From the NCBI GenBank assembly GCA_027013225.1, contig JALUXU010000020.1, positions 239 to 64,238 on the forward strand: a stretch of DNA of 64,000 bases. The letters run 5' to 3'. Source of the stretch: Acidihalobacter sp. (GTDB lineage Bacteria; Pseudomonadota; Gammaproteobacteria; DSM-5130; Acidihalobacteraceae). Below are positions 48,728 to 59,451 of the stretch, one piece after another. How positions within the stretch are numbered: position 1 is the stretch's first letter; every line of letters begins with the position of its first letter. The position numbers and the translations under genes are program-made. Under the pieces are notes generated by a model that was not told the origin of the DNA, did no database searches, and worked only from the letters and a program-made list of their open reading frames with translations.

Positions 48728-50317
48728 ATGAAACGAAACGAAGACATAAACCATCCGCGCCGACGCCTGCTGCTGCACGGCCTTGCCGCTGGCGGCGCGC
48801 TGGCCCTCGGGCTGGGGCCACGCGCCGCATCAGCGGGCGGCACACAAAGCGCGCCTGCCGCCGGCGCGTTCTTGCGCTCGCTGCCGGTGCCGGCGCCGCT
48901 GCATGGCCGGGCTGATGCAAGGGGCGTGCTCCACTATGCCTTGCGTGCCGGGGGCGGCCTCAGCGAGCTGATCGCCGGCGTACGCTCGCCCACCTGGGGC
49001 TACAACGGCGCGCTGCTCGGCCCCACCTTGCGGATACCGCGCGGCAAACCGGTGCAGATGCATGTCAGCAACGGACTGGGGGTGCCCACCACCCTGCATT
49101 GGCACGGCGCCCAGGTGCCGGGGAAGGTGGACGGCGGGCCGCATAACACCATCGCGCCGGGTGCCGTGTGGACGCCGGCTTTCACCCTGGACCAGCCGGC
49201 CGGCACCCTCTGGTATCACCCTCATCCGGATACCTACACCGGCCCGCAGGTGTATGCCGGGCTGGGCGGCTTTTTGTTCATCGATGATGGCGAGGATGCG
49301 CGGCTCGGCTTGCCGCATACCTATGGCGTGGACGATCTGCCTCTGGCGATTCAGGACCGGCGCCTGGACGCCGACGGGCATCTTGCCTACATGGACCGGA
49401 TGCCGGACATGATGGGCATGAAAGGCGACCGTTTCCTGGTCAACGGCGTCGAGCAGCCCCATGCCGAGGTGCCGGCCGGCTGGCTGCGCCTGCGCCTGCT
49501 CAACGCATCGAACGCACGAATCTACAATCTGGCCTTCGCTGACGGGCGTGAATTTCATGTGATTGCCGGCGATGCGGGTCTGCTGGAGCAGCCGGTGCCG
49601 CTACGCAGTCTGCTGCTCGCACCGGCCGAACGTGCCGAGATCGTGGTCGATCTGCGTCGCGAGCAGGGGCGCTCACTGGTGCTGCGCAGCGATTCCGGCG
49701 CCGTGGTGCCCGCGCTGTACCGCATGCCCATGGCCGCCGACGCCTTCGACCATGGCCGCTTCGATCTGCTGCAGTTGCGCGTCGGCCCGCCCTCGGGGCG
49801 GCTGGCGCGGCTGCTTGACCGCCTGGGCAGCGTGCCGGCCCTGAGCACGGACGGTCCCACCCGGGACTTCAGCCTTGAGGGCATGATGCAAGGCGGCATG
49901 ATGAACATGATGCGGGCGCGTTTCGGCATGCGCGGCCAGGACGGCCCCGGCGGCATGAGCATGGGCATCGGCGGCTACGACCTGTTCGCCATCAATGGCC
50001 GTTACATGCGCATGGACGTGATCGATGCGCACATGCCGCTGGGAAAAACCGCGTTATGGCGGGTGCGCAACGTCAGCACCATGGCGCATCCTTTCCACAT
50101 GCACGGCGCCTCGTTCTTGATCCGTAGCCGCAACGGCCGGCCGCCGCCCGCCCACGAGCGTAGCTGGAAAGATGTGGTACTGGTAAGGCGGGGCGAAACC
50201 GTGGAGTTGCTGATTCCCTTTCGCCATCGCGCGGGGGACGAGCATCCCTACATGTATCACTGCCATATCCTGGAACACGAAGACAACGGCATGATGGGGC
50301 AGTTCACGGTGAGCTGA
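48728..50317 (+). CDS. Multicopper oxidase (CueO-like), Tat-exported
   Basis: RRRLL Tat; HWHG, WYHPH, HPFHMHG, HCHILEHEDNGMM; Met-rich loop. Confidence 0.93.
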   Translation: MKRNEDINHPRRRLLLHGLAAGGALALGLGPRAASAGGTQSAPAAGAFLRSLPVPAPLHGRADARGVLHYALRAGGGLSELIAGVRSPTWGYNGALLGPTLRIPRGKPVQMHVSNGLGVPTTLHWHGAQVPGKVDGGPHNTIAPGAVWTPAFTLDQPAGTLWYHPHPDTYTGPQVYAGLGGFLFIDDGEDARLGLPHTYGVDDLPLAIQDRRLDADGHLAYMDRMPDMMGMKGDRFLVNGVEQPHAEVPAGWLRLRLLNASNARIYNLAFADGREFHVIAGDAGLLEQPVPLRSLLLAPAERAEIVVDLRREQGRSLVLRSDSGAVVPALYRMPMAADAFDHGRFDLLQLRVGPPSGRLARLLDRLGSVPALSTDGPTRDFSLEGMMQGGMMNMMRARFGMRGQDGPGGMSMGIGGYDLFAINGRYMRMDVIDAHMPLGKTALWRVRNVSTMAHPFHMHGASFLIRSRNGRPPPAHERSWKDVVLVRRGETVELLIPFRHRAGDEHPYMYHCHILEHEDNGMMGQFTVS

Positions 50318-50337
50318 GTCCGGGCGGCCCTGGCCGT

Positions 50338-50952
50338 TCAGGAGACGTAGCCGAGCATCACGCGGGTGACGAAATTCTGCGTTTCGGGGTAGGGTGGGAT
50401 GCCGTCATAGCGCTTCACCGCGGCGGGGCCGGCGTTGTAGGCCGCCAGCGCCAGGCGCAGGTTGCCCTGATAGCGCCTGATCAGGCCGGCTAGATAGCGC
50501 GTGCCGGCCTCGAGATTGGCGAGCGGGTCGAAAGGATGCGTCACCCCGAAGCGCCGCGCCGTGTCCGGCATCAGCTGCATCAAGCCTTGCGCCCCGACCA
50601 CGGAAACCGCCTTGGGGTCGAAGCACGATTCGACCGCGATCACGGCGCGCACCAGCTTCCAGGGCACGCCGCTTTGCGCGGCGACCTGCTTGATCATCGG
50701 CGTATAGCGTTCGGCGCGTTGCTTGAGCGTCTTGTTGCTCAGGCCCAGGCAGGACTTCCAGGCCGGCGGGCGGCCGTAATGGCGCACTCCCTGCAAGCGG
50801 TAGTTTTTCGGCGCCACCGGATGGTCGGTGAAATACACCTCACCCTGCGCGTCGCGGTAGATATAGACCTTTTCCGCCTGCGCCGGCATGGACAGGCCCA
50901 GCCAGCACCCGCAGGCCAGGGCGGCCAGCAAGGCGTGGGGCAAGCGGCTCAT
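50338..50952 (-). CDS. Lytic transglycosylase (DUF4124 + SLT)
   Basis: AVESCFDPKAVS, GLMQLMP, AAYNAG, ETQNFV. Confidence 0.88.
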   Translation of the reverse strand: MSRLPHALLAALACGCWLGLSMPAQAEKVYIYRDAQGEVYFTDHPVAPKNYRLQGVRHYGRPPAWKSCLGLSNKTLKQRAERYTPMIKQVAAQSGVPWKLVRAVIAVESCFDPKAVSVVGAQGLMQLMPDTARRFGVTHPFDPLANLEAGTRYLAGLIRRYQGNLRLALAAYNAGPAAVKRYDGIPPYPETQNFVTRVMLGYVS

Positions 50953-51686
50953 GATAGCACCGTCCAGGCCACACCCAGGTCGTCCAGGCCCGACTGCATG
51001 GCCGCAAAGGCCGCCTCGGCCTGCGCTCGCGGCCCGCGCACCCCCAGCTCGATGCGCCCTCGCCGGCCGGTGCTAGGCAGGCTGGACACCTGGACCTCGG
51101 GCCAGGCGGCGAGCACGGTTTCCATCAACGGCACCAGCGCGCTTTCCGGCGTGTCTTCGGCTCGCAACCGCCGCTCCACCGGCGGTTGCGGGTCGAACAA
51201 ATGGCGGTAGCGGGTGTCCAGCACCCATTCCGCCATCGGCCAGGCCATGTCGGGGAAACCGGGCAGGAAATGGTGGTCGCCCACGCTGAAACCGGGCACG
51301 CGGTTGACCGGATTGGGAATCAGGGTCGCGCCTTGCGGCAGTTCGGCCATGCGGATGCGGATGGGATAGGCCTCGCGGCCGAAACGTTCTTCGAGGATGA
51401 CCACCGCTTCCGGGTGGCGCGCCAGCGGCCGCCCGCTGGCGGCGGCGCATTCGCGGGTGAGGTCGTCCGGTGTGCCGCCGATGCCGCCGAAGCTGAACAC
51501 CAGGTCGCCCGAGGCGAAGGTTTCGCGCAAATGGCGGGTGAGACGGGCGCGATCGTCGCCGACGATGCGCACCCAGGCCACTTCCAGCCCCCGCGCCGCA
51601 AGCACTTCCCGCATGTGCGGGAAGTGCTTGTCCTCACGCTTGCCGCGCGTGAGCTCGTCTCCGATCAGCAGCAGGCCGATGTCCAT
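50949..51686 (-). CDS. CinA-like molybdopterin-binding domain protein
   Basis: IGDEL, GGIGGTPDDLT, LPGFP. Confidence 0.87.
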   Translation of the reverse strand: MDIGLLLIGDELTRGKREDKHFPHMREVLAARGLEVAWVRIVGDDRARLTRHLRETFASGDLVFSFGGIGGTPDDLTRECAAASGRPLARHPEAVVILEERFGREAYPIRIRMAELPQGATLIPNPVNRVPGFSVGDHHFLPGFPDMAWPMAEWVLDTRYRHLFDPQPPVERRLRAEDTPESALVPLMETVLAAWPEVQVSSLPSTGRRGRIELGVRGPRAQAEAAFAAMQSGLDDLGVAWTVLS

Positions 51687-51707
51687 GGTCCGGCCAAGGC
51701 GCGGCGT

Positions 51708-52727
51708 TCAGTCCTCGAGGTGATAGCGGGTGACGCGCTCGACCTCGTTTTTCGAACCCAGCACCACCGGCACCCGCTGGTGGATGTGCTGGGGCTGGAT
51801 GTCGAGGATGCGCTCGCGGCCGGTGGTGCTGGCGCCGCCTGCCTGTTCGACGATCAGGCTCATGGGGTTGGCCTCATACATCAGGCGCAGCTTGCCGCCT
51901 TCGCCCTTGGCCTTGATCTTTTCGTCTATTGGATACATGAAGATGCCGCCGCGGGTGAGGATGCGATGCACTTCGGCCACCATGCTCGCCACCCAGCGCA
52001 TGTTGAAATCCTTGCCGCGCGGCCCTTCCTTGCCCGCTAGGCATTCGTCTATGTAGCGCTTCACCGGCGGTTCCCAGAAACGCATGTTGGACATATTGAT
52101 GGCGAACTCCTGAGTGTCTTCCGGAATGGTCATGTTGGGATGGGTGAGGATGAATTCGCCGATGTTACGATCAAGGGTAAAACCGTTGACGCCCTTGCCG
52201 GTGGTCATTACCAGTACGGTAGAAGGCCCGTAGAGCGCGTAACCGGCCAGAATCTGCTGCGTTCCGGGTTGCAAAAAGTCGGCTTCGCTGGGCTCGGCCA
52301 CGCCCTCGGGCGCTTTCAGCACTGAGAAAATGGTGCCCACGGATACGTTCACGTCCATGTTGGAGGAGCCGTCCAGCGGGTCGAAGACGAGCAGGTATTT
52401 GCCATGCTTGGCGCCTTCTGGCACTGGCGAAATCTCATCCAGTTCCTCCGAAGCCATTGCCGCCACGTGGCCGTTGCGACCGTTGACGTGCAGCATGATA
52501 TCGTTGGACAGGATGTCCATTTTCTTCTGCGTTTCTCCTTGTACGTTTTCGGTTTCGGCGCTACCCAGCACACCGGCCAGTGCACCGTGGTTGACCCCGT
52601 CTGATATAGCCTTGCAGGCTGTGGCAATGTCGTTGACGAGCAAAGTGAACTCGCCGGTCGCGCCGCTGATCTTGCGTTGTTCTTCGATGATGAATTGAGT
52701 CAATGTCTTGTTGTCTATCATGGTCAT
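51708..52727 (-). CDS. fbp: Fructose-1,6-bisphosphatase class 1
   Basis: [33 protein letters not shown]. Confidence 0.96.
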   Translation of the reverse strand: MTMIDNKTLTQFIIEEQRKISGATGEFTLLVNDIATACKAISDGVNHGALAGVLGSAETENVQGETQKKMDILSNDIMLHVNGRNGHVAAMASEELDEISPVPEGAKHGKYLLVFDPLDGSSNMDVNVSVGTIFSVLKAPEGVAEPSEADFLQPGTQQILAGYALYGPSTVLVMTTGKGVNGFTLDRNIGEFILTHPNMTIPEDTQEFAINMSNMRFWEPPVKRYIDECLAGKEGPRGKDFNMRWVASMVAEVHRILTRGGIFMYPIDEKIKAKGEGGKLRLMYEANPMSLIVEQAGGASTTGRERILDIQPQHIHQRVPVVLGSKNEVERVTRYHLED

Positions 52728-52840
52728 CCGCCTGTTGGGTTTAAAACTCCTAAATCATAGCAAACAAACGGGCGTGATAGCGTCCCGTGATTGGCAGAGG
52801 CGCTATCATTGCGAATTTCCACCCACAGCGAGCCGGGCAA

Positions 52841-54121
52841 ATGAAACAAAACATCCTTTATGCACAATCAGGCGGCGTTACAGCGGTTATAAACGCTTCG
52901 GCCCGTGGTGTAATCGAGGCGTCGGGCCGACGGGCGGATGTGTTTGGCGGCGTGTTTGCCGCCCGCGACGGGATCGTCGGCGTGCTGGATGAGTCTTTAT
53001 ATGACCTGAGACGAGAGGAGCCTGCCACGATCGCCGCTTTGAGTCAGCGTCCCGGTGGCGTGTTCGGCTCATGCCGCCTCGATCTTGATCCTTTCGAGAC
53101 ACATCGCCATGAGTACGAACGGGTGCTGAACGTTTGTGCGGCTCATGATATTGGCTGTTTTTTCTACAATGGCGGTGGTGGTTCGATGCTCACCGCGGCC
53201 CGCCTCGCCGAAGCGGCAGAGGAACTTGGATATCCTTTGCAGGTGATCGGCATCCCCAAAACCATAGACAACGACCTTTTCGCCACCGATACCAGCCCGG
53301 GATTCGGCTCGGCAGCCAAATATGTGGCTGTTTCCACCCGTGAGGCTGCCTGCGACGTGGCATCCATGCAGGCTACTTCGACAAAGGTTTTCATTCTTGA
53401 AGTCATGGGGCGTCATGCCGGTTGGTTGGCGGCGGCGGGAGGATTGGCAGAACGAACCCGTGGGGAATTGCCTTTGGTGCTGCTGTTTGCCGAGCGCGTT
53501 TTCGACGCCAGGCAATTCGCCGATGCGGTGCGCGAACGCGTGGAGAGTGCGGGATATTGCGTTGTCGTGGCGAGCGAGGGTGTTCGCGACGCTAGCGGAG
53601 ATTATCTTTCTGTACGTCAACGCAGTCAGGTGAGAGGCTGGTCGCAACTGGGCGGCGTGGCCCGTGTGCTTGCAGAAGAAGTCGGTCGGCGTCTTGGGTA
53701 TCGCACCCATTGGGCGGTGCTGGACTATCTGCAACGCGCTGCCCGCCATTTGGCTTCACGCGTAGATCTCGAGCAGGCATACGCTGTCGGCGAGGCGGCT
53801 GTAGGGCTGGCCGCTGCCGGCCGCAGCCGGGTCATGGTGACTATCGAACGGCTGAGTGACGCGCCTTACGCCTGGCGAACTGCTGCGACTGATCTGCAAA
53901 GTATCGCCGATCGGGAACGCCCTGTGCCGGACGAGTTCATCGATGCGGAAGGCTTTGGCATTACCGAGGCGGCTCGTCGTTATCTCGAACCTCTGATACA
54001 AGGCGAGGATTGGCCCGTGTTCGCCGATGGCGTGCCGGTGTATACACCTTTGCGCTTGCAGCTGCGCCCCCGCAAACTCCCGGCCTATACGCCAAGGATT
54101 GGAGATCATCAAGGTGCTTGA
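52841..54121 (+). CDS. 6-phosphofructokinase (PfkA superfamily)
   Basis: YAQSGGVTAVIN, PKTIDNDL, EVMGRHAGW. Confidence 0.88.
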   Translation: MKQNILYAQSGGVTAVINASARGVIEASGRRADVFGGVFAARDGIVGVLDESLYDLRREEPATIAALSQRPGGVFGSCRLDLDPFETHRHEYERVLNVCAAHDIGCFFYNGGGGSMLTAARLAEAAEELGYPLQVIGIPKTIDNDLFATDTSPGFGSAAKYVAVSTREAACDVASMQATSTKVFILEVMGRHAGWLAAAGGLAERTRGELPLVLLFAERVFDARQFADAVRERVESAGYCVVVASEGVRDASGDYLSVRQRSQVRGWSQLGGVARVLAEEVGRRLGYRTHWAVLDYLQRAARHLASRVDLEQAYAVGEAAVGLAAAGRSRVMVTIERLSDAPYAWRTAATDLQSIADRERPVPDEFIDAEGFGITEAARRYLEPLIQGEDWPVFADGVPVYTPLRLQLRPRKLPAYTPRIGDHQGA

Positions 54122-54140
54122 AAAAGGAGTGATTAACAAG

Positions 54141-55007
54141 ATGCGCGTGACATTACTGGGGACCGGATTGATGGGGTCTGCGATGGCTCGGCGCTTGTGT
54201 GCCGAAGGTGCAAACGTGACGGTGTGGAACCGGACGGCGCAACGGGCCGAAGCGCTGCGTGAATACGGCATCACCCCCTGCCGCAGTGCGGTGGAAGCGG
54301 TGGTGGCGGCTGAGGTGGTACTGCTCACGCTGAGCAATGCGGACGCTATCGAGTCCATGCTGGCCAGCGAGGGAATGACCGAGGCCGTGCGCGGGAGGTT
54401 GCTGGTGCAGATGGGTACAATCGCGCCGGAGGAAAGCCGCGCTCTGGCCGCGAAAATAAAAACACTGGGCGCGGCGTTTATCGAGGCGCCGGTGCTGGGT
54501 AGTATTCCCGAAGCGCTGAAGGGAACATTGCTGATCATGACCGGCGGTGATGAGGCTGTGGTAGAAAGGGCGCTGCCCGTCCTCGAAATGCTGGGAAAAC
54601 AGCCGCGCCATATCGGCGCAGTCGGCCAGGCGGCGGCGCTCAAGCTCGCCTTGAATCAACTCATCGCCTCCCTGACGGCCGCTTTCTCCCTGAGTCTGGG
54701 GCTGGTTCGCCGCGAGGGAGTGGATGTAAAAACTTTCATGGATGTCTTGCGTAAGAGCGCCTTGTATGCACCCACCTTCGACAAAAAGTTGGCGCGGGAA
54801 ATCGAGTGGAATTTTTCCAACCCCAATTTCCCTCTCAAGCATTTACTCAAAGACGTCGATTTGTTCAGGCAAGTCGCGGCTGCCGATGGTCTCGATGATC
54901 GACCGCTAGAAGGCATTCGCGCGGCGATCGCTGCGGGGATTGCCGCAGGTTTCGGGGAATTGGACTATTCCGTGCTGTATGCAGTCATCGATCCCCAGTC
55001 ACGCTGA
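54141..55007 (+). CDS. NAD(P)-dependent beta-hydroxyacid dehydrogenase family protein
   Basis: LGTGLMG, WNRT, EAPVLGS, LKLALN, DVDL. Confidence 0.88.
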   Translation: MRVTLLGTGLMGSAMARRLCAEGANVTVWNRTAQRAEALREYGITPCRSAVEAVVAAEVVLLTLSNADAIESMLASEGMTEAVRGRLLVQMGTIAPEESRALAAKIKTLGAAFIEAPVLGSIPEALKGTLLIMTGGDEAVVERALPVLEMLGKQPRHIGAVGQAAALKLALNQLIASLTAAFSLSLGLVRREGVDVKTFMDVLRKSALYAPTFDKKLAREIEWNFSNPNFPLKHLLKDVDLFRQVAAADGLDDRPLEGIRAAIAAGIAAGFGELDYSVLYAVIDPQSR

Positions 55008-55838
55008 TCTTTCGGCCACATGGGTAAACCATCGCCAAGCGTTCTGGATGCCGGCAAACAGGAGGTAGATGGCACAGGCGGTAGCCACGATGCTCGCGCC
55101 CGAACTCAGGTTGGTCTGGTAAGCCAGCCACAGCCCGCTCACGCAGAACAGCAAACTCCACAGGCTGGAGGCCACCATCATGCCGGCCAGGCTGCGGGTA
55201 TGCCGCTCGGCCAGATAGGGCGGAATGGTGAGCAGCGCCATGACCATGATCAGGCCCACTACCTGCAGCAGCATGACCACGGTCTCGGCCACCAGCACCA
55301 GCAGCATCAGGGTCAGGCCGTCCACCGGAATGCCGCGCGAACGGGCAAAATCAGGATCGAACGAGAGCGACAGAATGTCGCGAAAATAGTATGTGAGCAA
55401 GGCAAGGATCAGCCCGTCGACAATCGCCATGAGCCACAATACAGGGGTGGAGACGGTGAGGATGCTGCCGAACAAGTAACTCATCAGGTCTGCGCCGTAG
55501 CCTGGCGAGAGATCGATCAGGATCACGCCCATGGCCATGCCCGCCGCCCATAGCACGCCGATGAGCGTATCGGTGCGCTCGCGACGGCGCCGGCTCAGGC
55601 CGCCCAGCAAAAGAGCCGCCAGTGCGGTGAATCCGCCGGTTATGGGCAGAACCGGCAACCCGGTATAGAAAGCCAGACCTACGCCTCCGTAGGCCGTATG
55701 CGCAATGCCACCGGCCATGAAGACCAGCCGATTGACCACCACCAGGGCGCCGATCGCGCCGCAGGCGATACTGACCAGTAACGCGGCAAGCAGCGCATGC
55801 TGGACGAAGGATTCGCCGAGCAACTGGAGGATGCTCAT
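54999..55838 (-). CDS. znuB: Zn/Mn ABC transporter permease
   Basis: IAHTAYGG, YLFGSIL, ALLTIP. Confidence 0.85.
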   Translation of the reverse strand: MSILQLLGESFVQHALLAALLVSIACGAIGALVVVNRLVFMAGGIAHTAYGGVGLAFYTGLPVLPITGGFTALAALLLGGLSRRRRERTDTLIGVLWAAGMAMGVILIDLSPGYGADLMSYLFGSILTVSTPVLWLMAIVDGLILALLTYYFRDILSLSFDPDFARSRGIPVDGLTLMLLVLVAETVVMLLQVVGLIMVMALLTIPPYLAERHTRSLAGMMVASSLWSLLFCVSGLWLAYQTNLSSGASIVATACAIYLLFAGIQNAWRWFTHVAERSA

Positions 55839-56614
55839 GGTCGCTCGGCATCCTTTGGTGCGTCTTCGGTGGTTAGATGCGCCATTTGGGTGCGCACGGG
55901 ACAGTTTGGATCGTGTACTCCGTACATAAGTTCCAGCATTGCCTGAGTGGGGTGGGGGCTGCGCTTGAAAAGCAGGTAGCGGTTGACGGCGGCCACAGCC
56001 GTCACCGCACTAGCGGTGATGCCGAGGTCATGACTGACCATGACGATAGTGATATCCGCACCGAGCGCCGTCAGGGTCTCGACGATGCATTGCCGACCAT
56101 AGGGATCAATGTTCGAGAGAGGCTCATCCAGCAACACCAGTTCCGGCCGGGTGATTAAAGCGCGCGCGATCAGCACCCGCTGGCGCTGACCACCGGATAG
56201 CGCAGCGAAAGGCTGACCGGCCAGCGCATCGACGCCGGTACGATTCAGGGCTTCATGGGCCAGCGCCCTTTCGTCCGACCAGAAAGTAGGGCCATGGCGG
56301 CGGCTATGCGGCAGACCCATGAGCACGACCTGTTCGACAGTAGCCGGGAATCCCGGGGCCAGATTGCCATGCTGGGGCACATATCCTATGCGCGCCGGTT
56401 CGCGTCCAGGGGGCTTGCCGAACACGGAGATCCGACCGTGGGTGGGTTTGAGAAGGCCGACGATCAATCGCAATAGAGTGGTTTTTCCCCCGCCATTCGG
56501 ACCGATTATCGCTAGAAACTCTCCCCGTTCCACGGTCAGATCGACATGTTCCAGCACCGGCTCTGTGTCATAGGCGTAGGAAACGTCTTGTATTTCTATA
56601 ACAGCATCATTCAT
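55835..56614 (-). CDS. znuC: Zn/Mn ABC transporter ATPase
   Basis: [23 protein letters not shown]-terminal His/Cys tail. Confidence 0.85.
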   Translation of the reverse strand: MNDAVIEIQDVSYAYDTEPVLEHVDLTVERGEFLAIIGPNGGGKTTLLRLIVGLLKPTHGRISVFGKPPGREPARIGYVPQHGNLAPGFPATVEQVVLMGLPHSRRHGPTFWSDERALAHEALNRTGVDALAGQPFAALSGGQRQRVLIARALITRPELVLLDEPLSNIDPYGRQCIVETLTALGADITIVMVSHDLGITASAVTAVAAVNRYLLFKRSPHPTQAMLELMYGVHDPNCPVRTQMAHLTTEDAPKDAERP

Positions 56615-57477
56615 GACGACGTCGAGGCGAGCGCCTCGCTCAAGGCGGCTGCGATGGCCTCCATGCCTGCGGGCCAATTTTCCGGCAGGGGGTTGATGAT
56701 CCTTACCTGGGCTCCGATCTGGGCGGCCAGCGTGCGGGCGGCGCGTTGCGAAAACTGGGGCTCAACGAAAATCACGCGGATGTGATCGCGTCGCGCCATC
56801 TGGATGAGGCGGGCCAGTTCCTTGGGACTCGGTGACTTGCCTTCGATCTGAATCGGGATCTCTTCGAGGTCATAGCAGCGGGCGAAATAATAAAAAGCGG
56901 GATGAAACACCATGAAGCGGCGGTTGGCCAGATCGACGTTTAGCAGTTTATGGCCGATTTTGGTGTCGATTGCGTCGATGATGTCGATCAGGCGCGCATA
57001 GCCGCGGCGGAACGTGGCCGCGTGCGCCGGATCGGCGGCCACCAGCGCGCGCAGAATATTGGCGGCCTGGATGCGCACCAGCGGGGGCGAAAGCCAGATA
57101 TGCGGATTGGGATGCGGTCCCGGCCGCCCCGTCGCAGCCGCCAGCCGCTGGATGCCGCGCTGGGTGTAAACGATCTTCATCTTCGGGTTGACTGCCTGGA
57201 AGCGGCCCAGCCAGCTGCTCTCGAAGGGCACGCCGATGGCGAAATAAAGCCGCGCCTGTGTCAGCTCGGCCAGCTGGCGGGGCGTCGGATCGTAGGTGGC
57301 CGGATCGAACCCGGGCCGCACCATGACCTGAACGCGCACGTCGGCCCCACCGATGGTTTGGACGAAGAATTTCTGGGGCAGAATGCTGACTGCGACATCC
57401 AGCGGCGCGGCCCACGCCGCGAGCGGCGCCAGCAACAGGGCGCACAGCCATATGACACGATGAAAAAGACGCTGCAC
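56611..57477 (-). CDS. znuA: Zn/Mn ABC transporter substrate-binding protein
   Basis: GTG start with GGAGG RBS; NPHIWLSP, VFHPAF, FVEPQF. Confidence 0.85.
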   Translation of the reverse strand: MQRLFHRVIWLCALLLAPLAAWAAPLDVAVSILPQKFFVQTIGGADVRVQVMVRPGFDPATYDPTPRQLAELTQARLYFAIGVPFESSWLGRFQAVNPKMKIVYTQRGIQRLAAATGRPGPHPNPHIWLSPPLVRIQAANILRALVAADPAHAATFRRGYARLIDIIDAIDTKIGHKLLNVDLANRRFMVFHPAFYYFARCYDLEEIPIQIEGKSPSPKELARLIQMARRDHIRVIFVEPQFSQRAARTLAAQIGAQVRIINPLPENWPAGMEAIAAALSEALASTSS

Positions 57478-57530
57478 GGAAAACCTCCAAAGTCGAATAA
57501 CGGGATGGGGAAGGCACATCTCCCGAATCT

Positions 57531-58540
57531 TCATAAAGCGGAACCGGCATCGCGGGCAAGCGCTTCTGTGGCCGTCTTTGCTGTTTCGCTCCCCCTGCGG
57601 CTTGCAAGGCTACGGGCGCGATCACCGATTCCATCGCAAGCCGGATATGAGCCGCGATCTGCTCGCGCAGCGCAGCGCGCCGACGGGCCGCGGCCCGCTT
57701 TTTCGAGGGCAATTCGGCCGGATCGCGATGCTGCGTTTCGGCCGCCAGCATCCATCCATCGTCGCCAGCCTGCGCTCCGAGTTCCGTTGCCCAGGTATCA
57801 TAATCGAACTTCCAGGCGGTGCGTGTGTTGCGCTTTTTGAATCGGCTGCGCGGATGCCGGTACACGTGGTCGCGCGTGCGCACGATGCCAATGTGTGACA
57901 TGCCCGCCGCCCGCGCGATCTCGCGGGCGGCGTCCAGAAGCAGATCGCGCGGGCGCATGCCGTGAAGGTCGCGGGTCGCCCGCCGTACTGCGTCCCGGGC
58001 ATGTTCGCCGGTCGGCCCCTGCAGGCAGGCGATGAACAGATGCGGCTGCCGAGGGCGCTGAAAACTGAAAGCAAGAGAATACAGGCGTTCGCCGTCGTGA
58101 TACATCTGCAACGTCCATTCGCCCTCCTTGCCGAAGCGGGGCGCATAGCCAAGCTCCAGCCGGTACGCTCGCTGTTTGCCCTGAACCCGCGCCAGCAACA
58201 CAGGCCCGTCAGCCAGCCGCTCCAGCAACGGCATCCAGTCGAGATCGGCGCACAGGAGGTAATGATCCAGCAGGGCCTGCAGGCGCTGCCGACGGTTCAA
58301 ACCGGCGCGCAGAAACGGCCGGTGCAGGCGCTCGATCAGCCAGGGCTGGGCCTGCATCAGGATTGCCAGTGTTTTTTCCGCGGCCAGAAAGTCGAGCCAG
58401 ATGCGGGTGACATCGGCATAGAATCCGGCTCTGGCCAGAAATCTCAGGCGATTGGCTCGGGACTGCGGATACAAACGACGGGCGATGGCCGCCAGCCGTT
58501 CGGGATGTTTGACGAAAAGCGGTTCGAAGGTGGATGGCAT
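57531..58540 (-). CDS. VirK/YbjX (DUF535) family protein; the reading frame runs on to 56948
   Basis: LFIACLQG, LHGMRPRDLL, FDYDTWATELG; native stop probably at 57531 in another frame. Confidence 0.7.
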
Positions 58541-58546
58541 GGAGTG

Positions 58547-59428
58547 TCAGGCCTCGAGTTCGGCAAGGAGCACGGCAAGCATGCGTTGCGCTTGTGTGGC
58601 GTAGCCGCCGCCGAACAGGTGGTGATGGTTGAGGATATGATAGAGATTGTACAGCGTTGTGCGCACCTGATAACCCGGGTCCAGCGGCCATGCGGCATCG
58701 TAGGCGGCGTAGAATTCCCTGCCGGGCGAACCGAACAGGCCGGTCATGGCAATGTCAGTCTCGCGGTCGCCGTAATACACCGCCGGGTCGAACAGCACCG
58801 GCTCGCCTGTGCGCTCGAAGCCCCAGTTGCCGGACCACAGGTCGCCATGCAGCAGGGAAGGTTCGGGGCGATAGTCGGTGAAGAACGCGGGCAATGCCTC
58901 GTACAATCGCTCGCCGGCAGCGATCAGGGCGCGCGGCGCACCATCCCGGTGGGCGAATTCGAGCTGTGGGCCGAGGCGGCAATGGCGCCAGAATTCGACC
59001 CAGTCGGCATGCGGCGTGTTGCATTGCGGGGTGCTGCCGATGGTATTGTTCCGCTGCCAGCCGAAGGTGTCGCCGCGCTGCAAATGAAGGCGGGCAAGCG
59101 CCTCCCCGAAACGGGCAGGATGAGCGGGACCGCCGAGATCCATAAACTCCATCGCCAGCCAGCTGAAGCCGGCATGAGTTCCAAGGGCGATGACTCGAGG
59201 CACCTTCATGGCATCGGTGCTCTTTAATGCCTCCAGGCCGTCGGCTTCGGCGGCGAACATGTCGGCCAGATGCGCTTTATTGATTTTGATGAAAAACCGG
59301 CCTGCCGTCGTTTCGAGGGACAAGGCGCTATTGATTGAGCCGCCGCTGACCGATTGGCTGGTTTCGATGCGAACGGGTCGTTTCAACGTGGCGGAAAGCG
59401 AGGCGGCAATGGCGGTTATCAAATCCAT
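58547..59428 (-). CDS. Fructosamine kinase family protein
   Basis: SGGSIN, FAAEADGL, LLHGDLWSGN, DPAVYYGDRETDIAM. Confidence 0.92.
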   Translation of the reverse strand: MDLITAIAASLSATLKRPVRIETSQSVSGGSINSALSLETTAGRFFIKINKAHLADMFAAEADGLEALKSTDAMKVPRVIALGTHAGFSWLAMEFMDLGGPAHPARFGEALARLHLQRGDTFGWQRNNTIGSTPQCNTPHADWVEFWRHCRLGPQLEFAHRDGAPRALIAAGERLYEALPAFFTDYRPEPSLLHGDLWSGNWGFERTGEPVLFDPAVYYGDRETDIAMTGLFGSPGREFYAAYDAAWPLDPGYQVRTTLYNLYHILNHHHLFGGGYATQAQRMLAVLLAELEA

Positions 59429-59451
59429 AAACGAATCAGAGGTGGTTTGTG

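Noticed and set aside
57962-59227. 421-aa plus-strand ORF
   Set aside because: Antisense to the VirK and fructosamine kinase genes; no domain signal.
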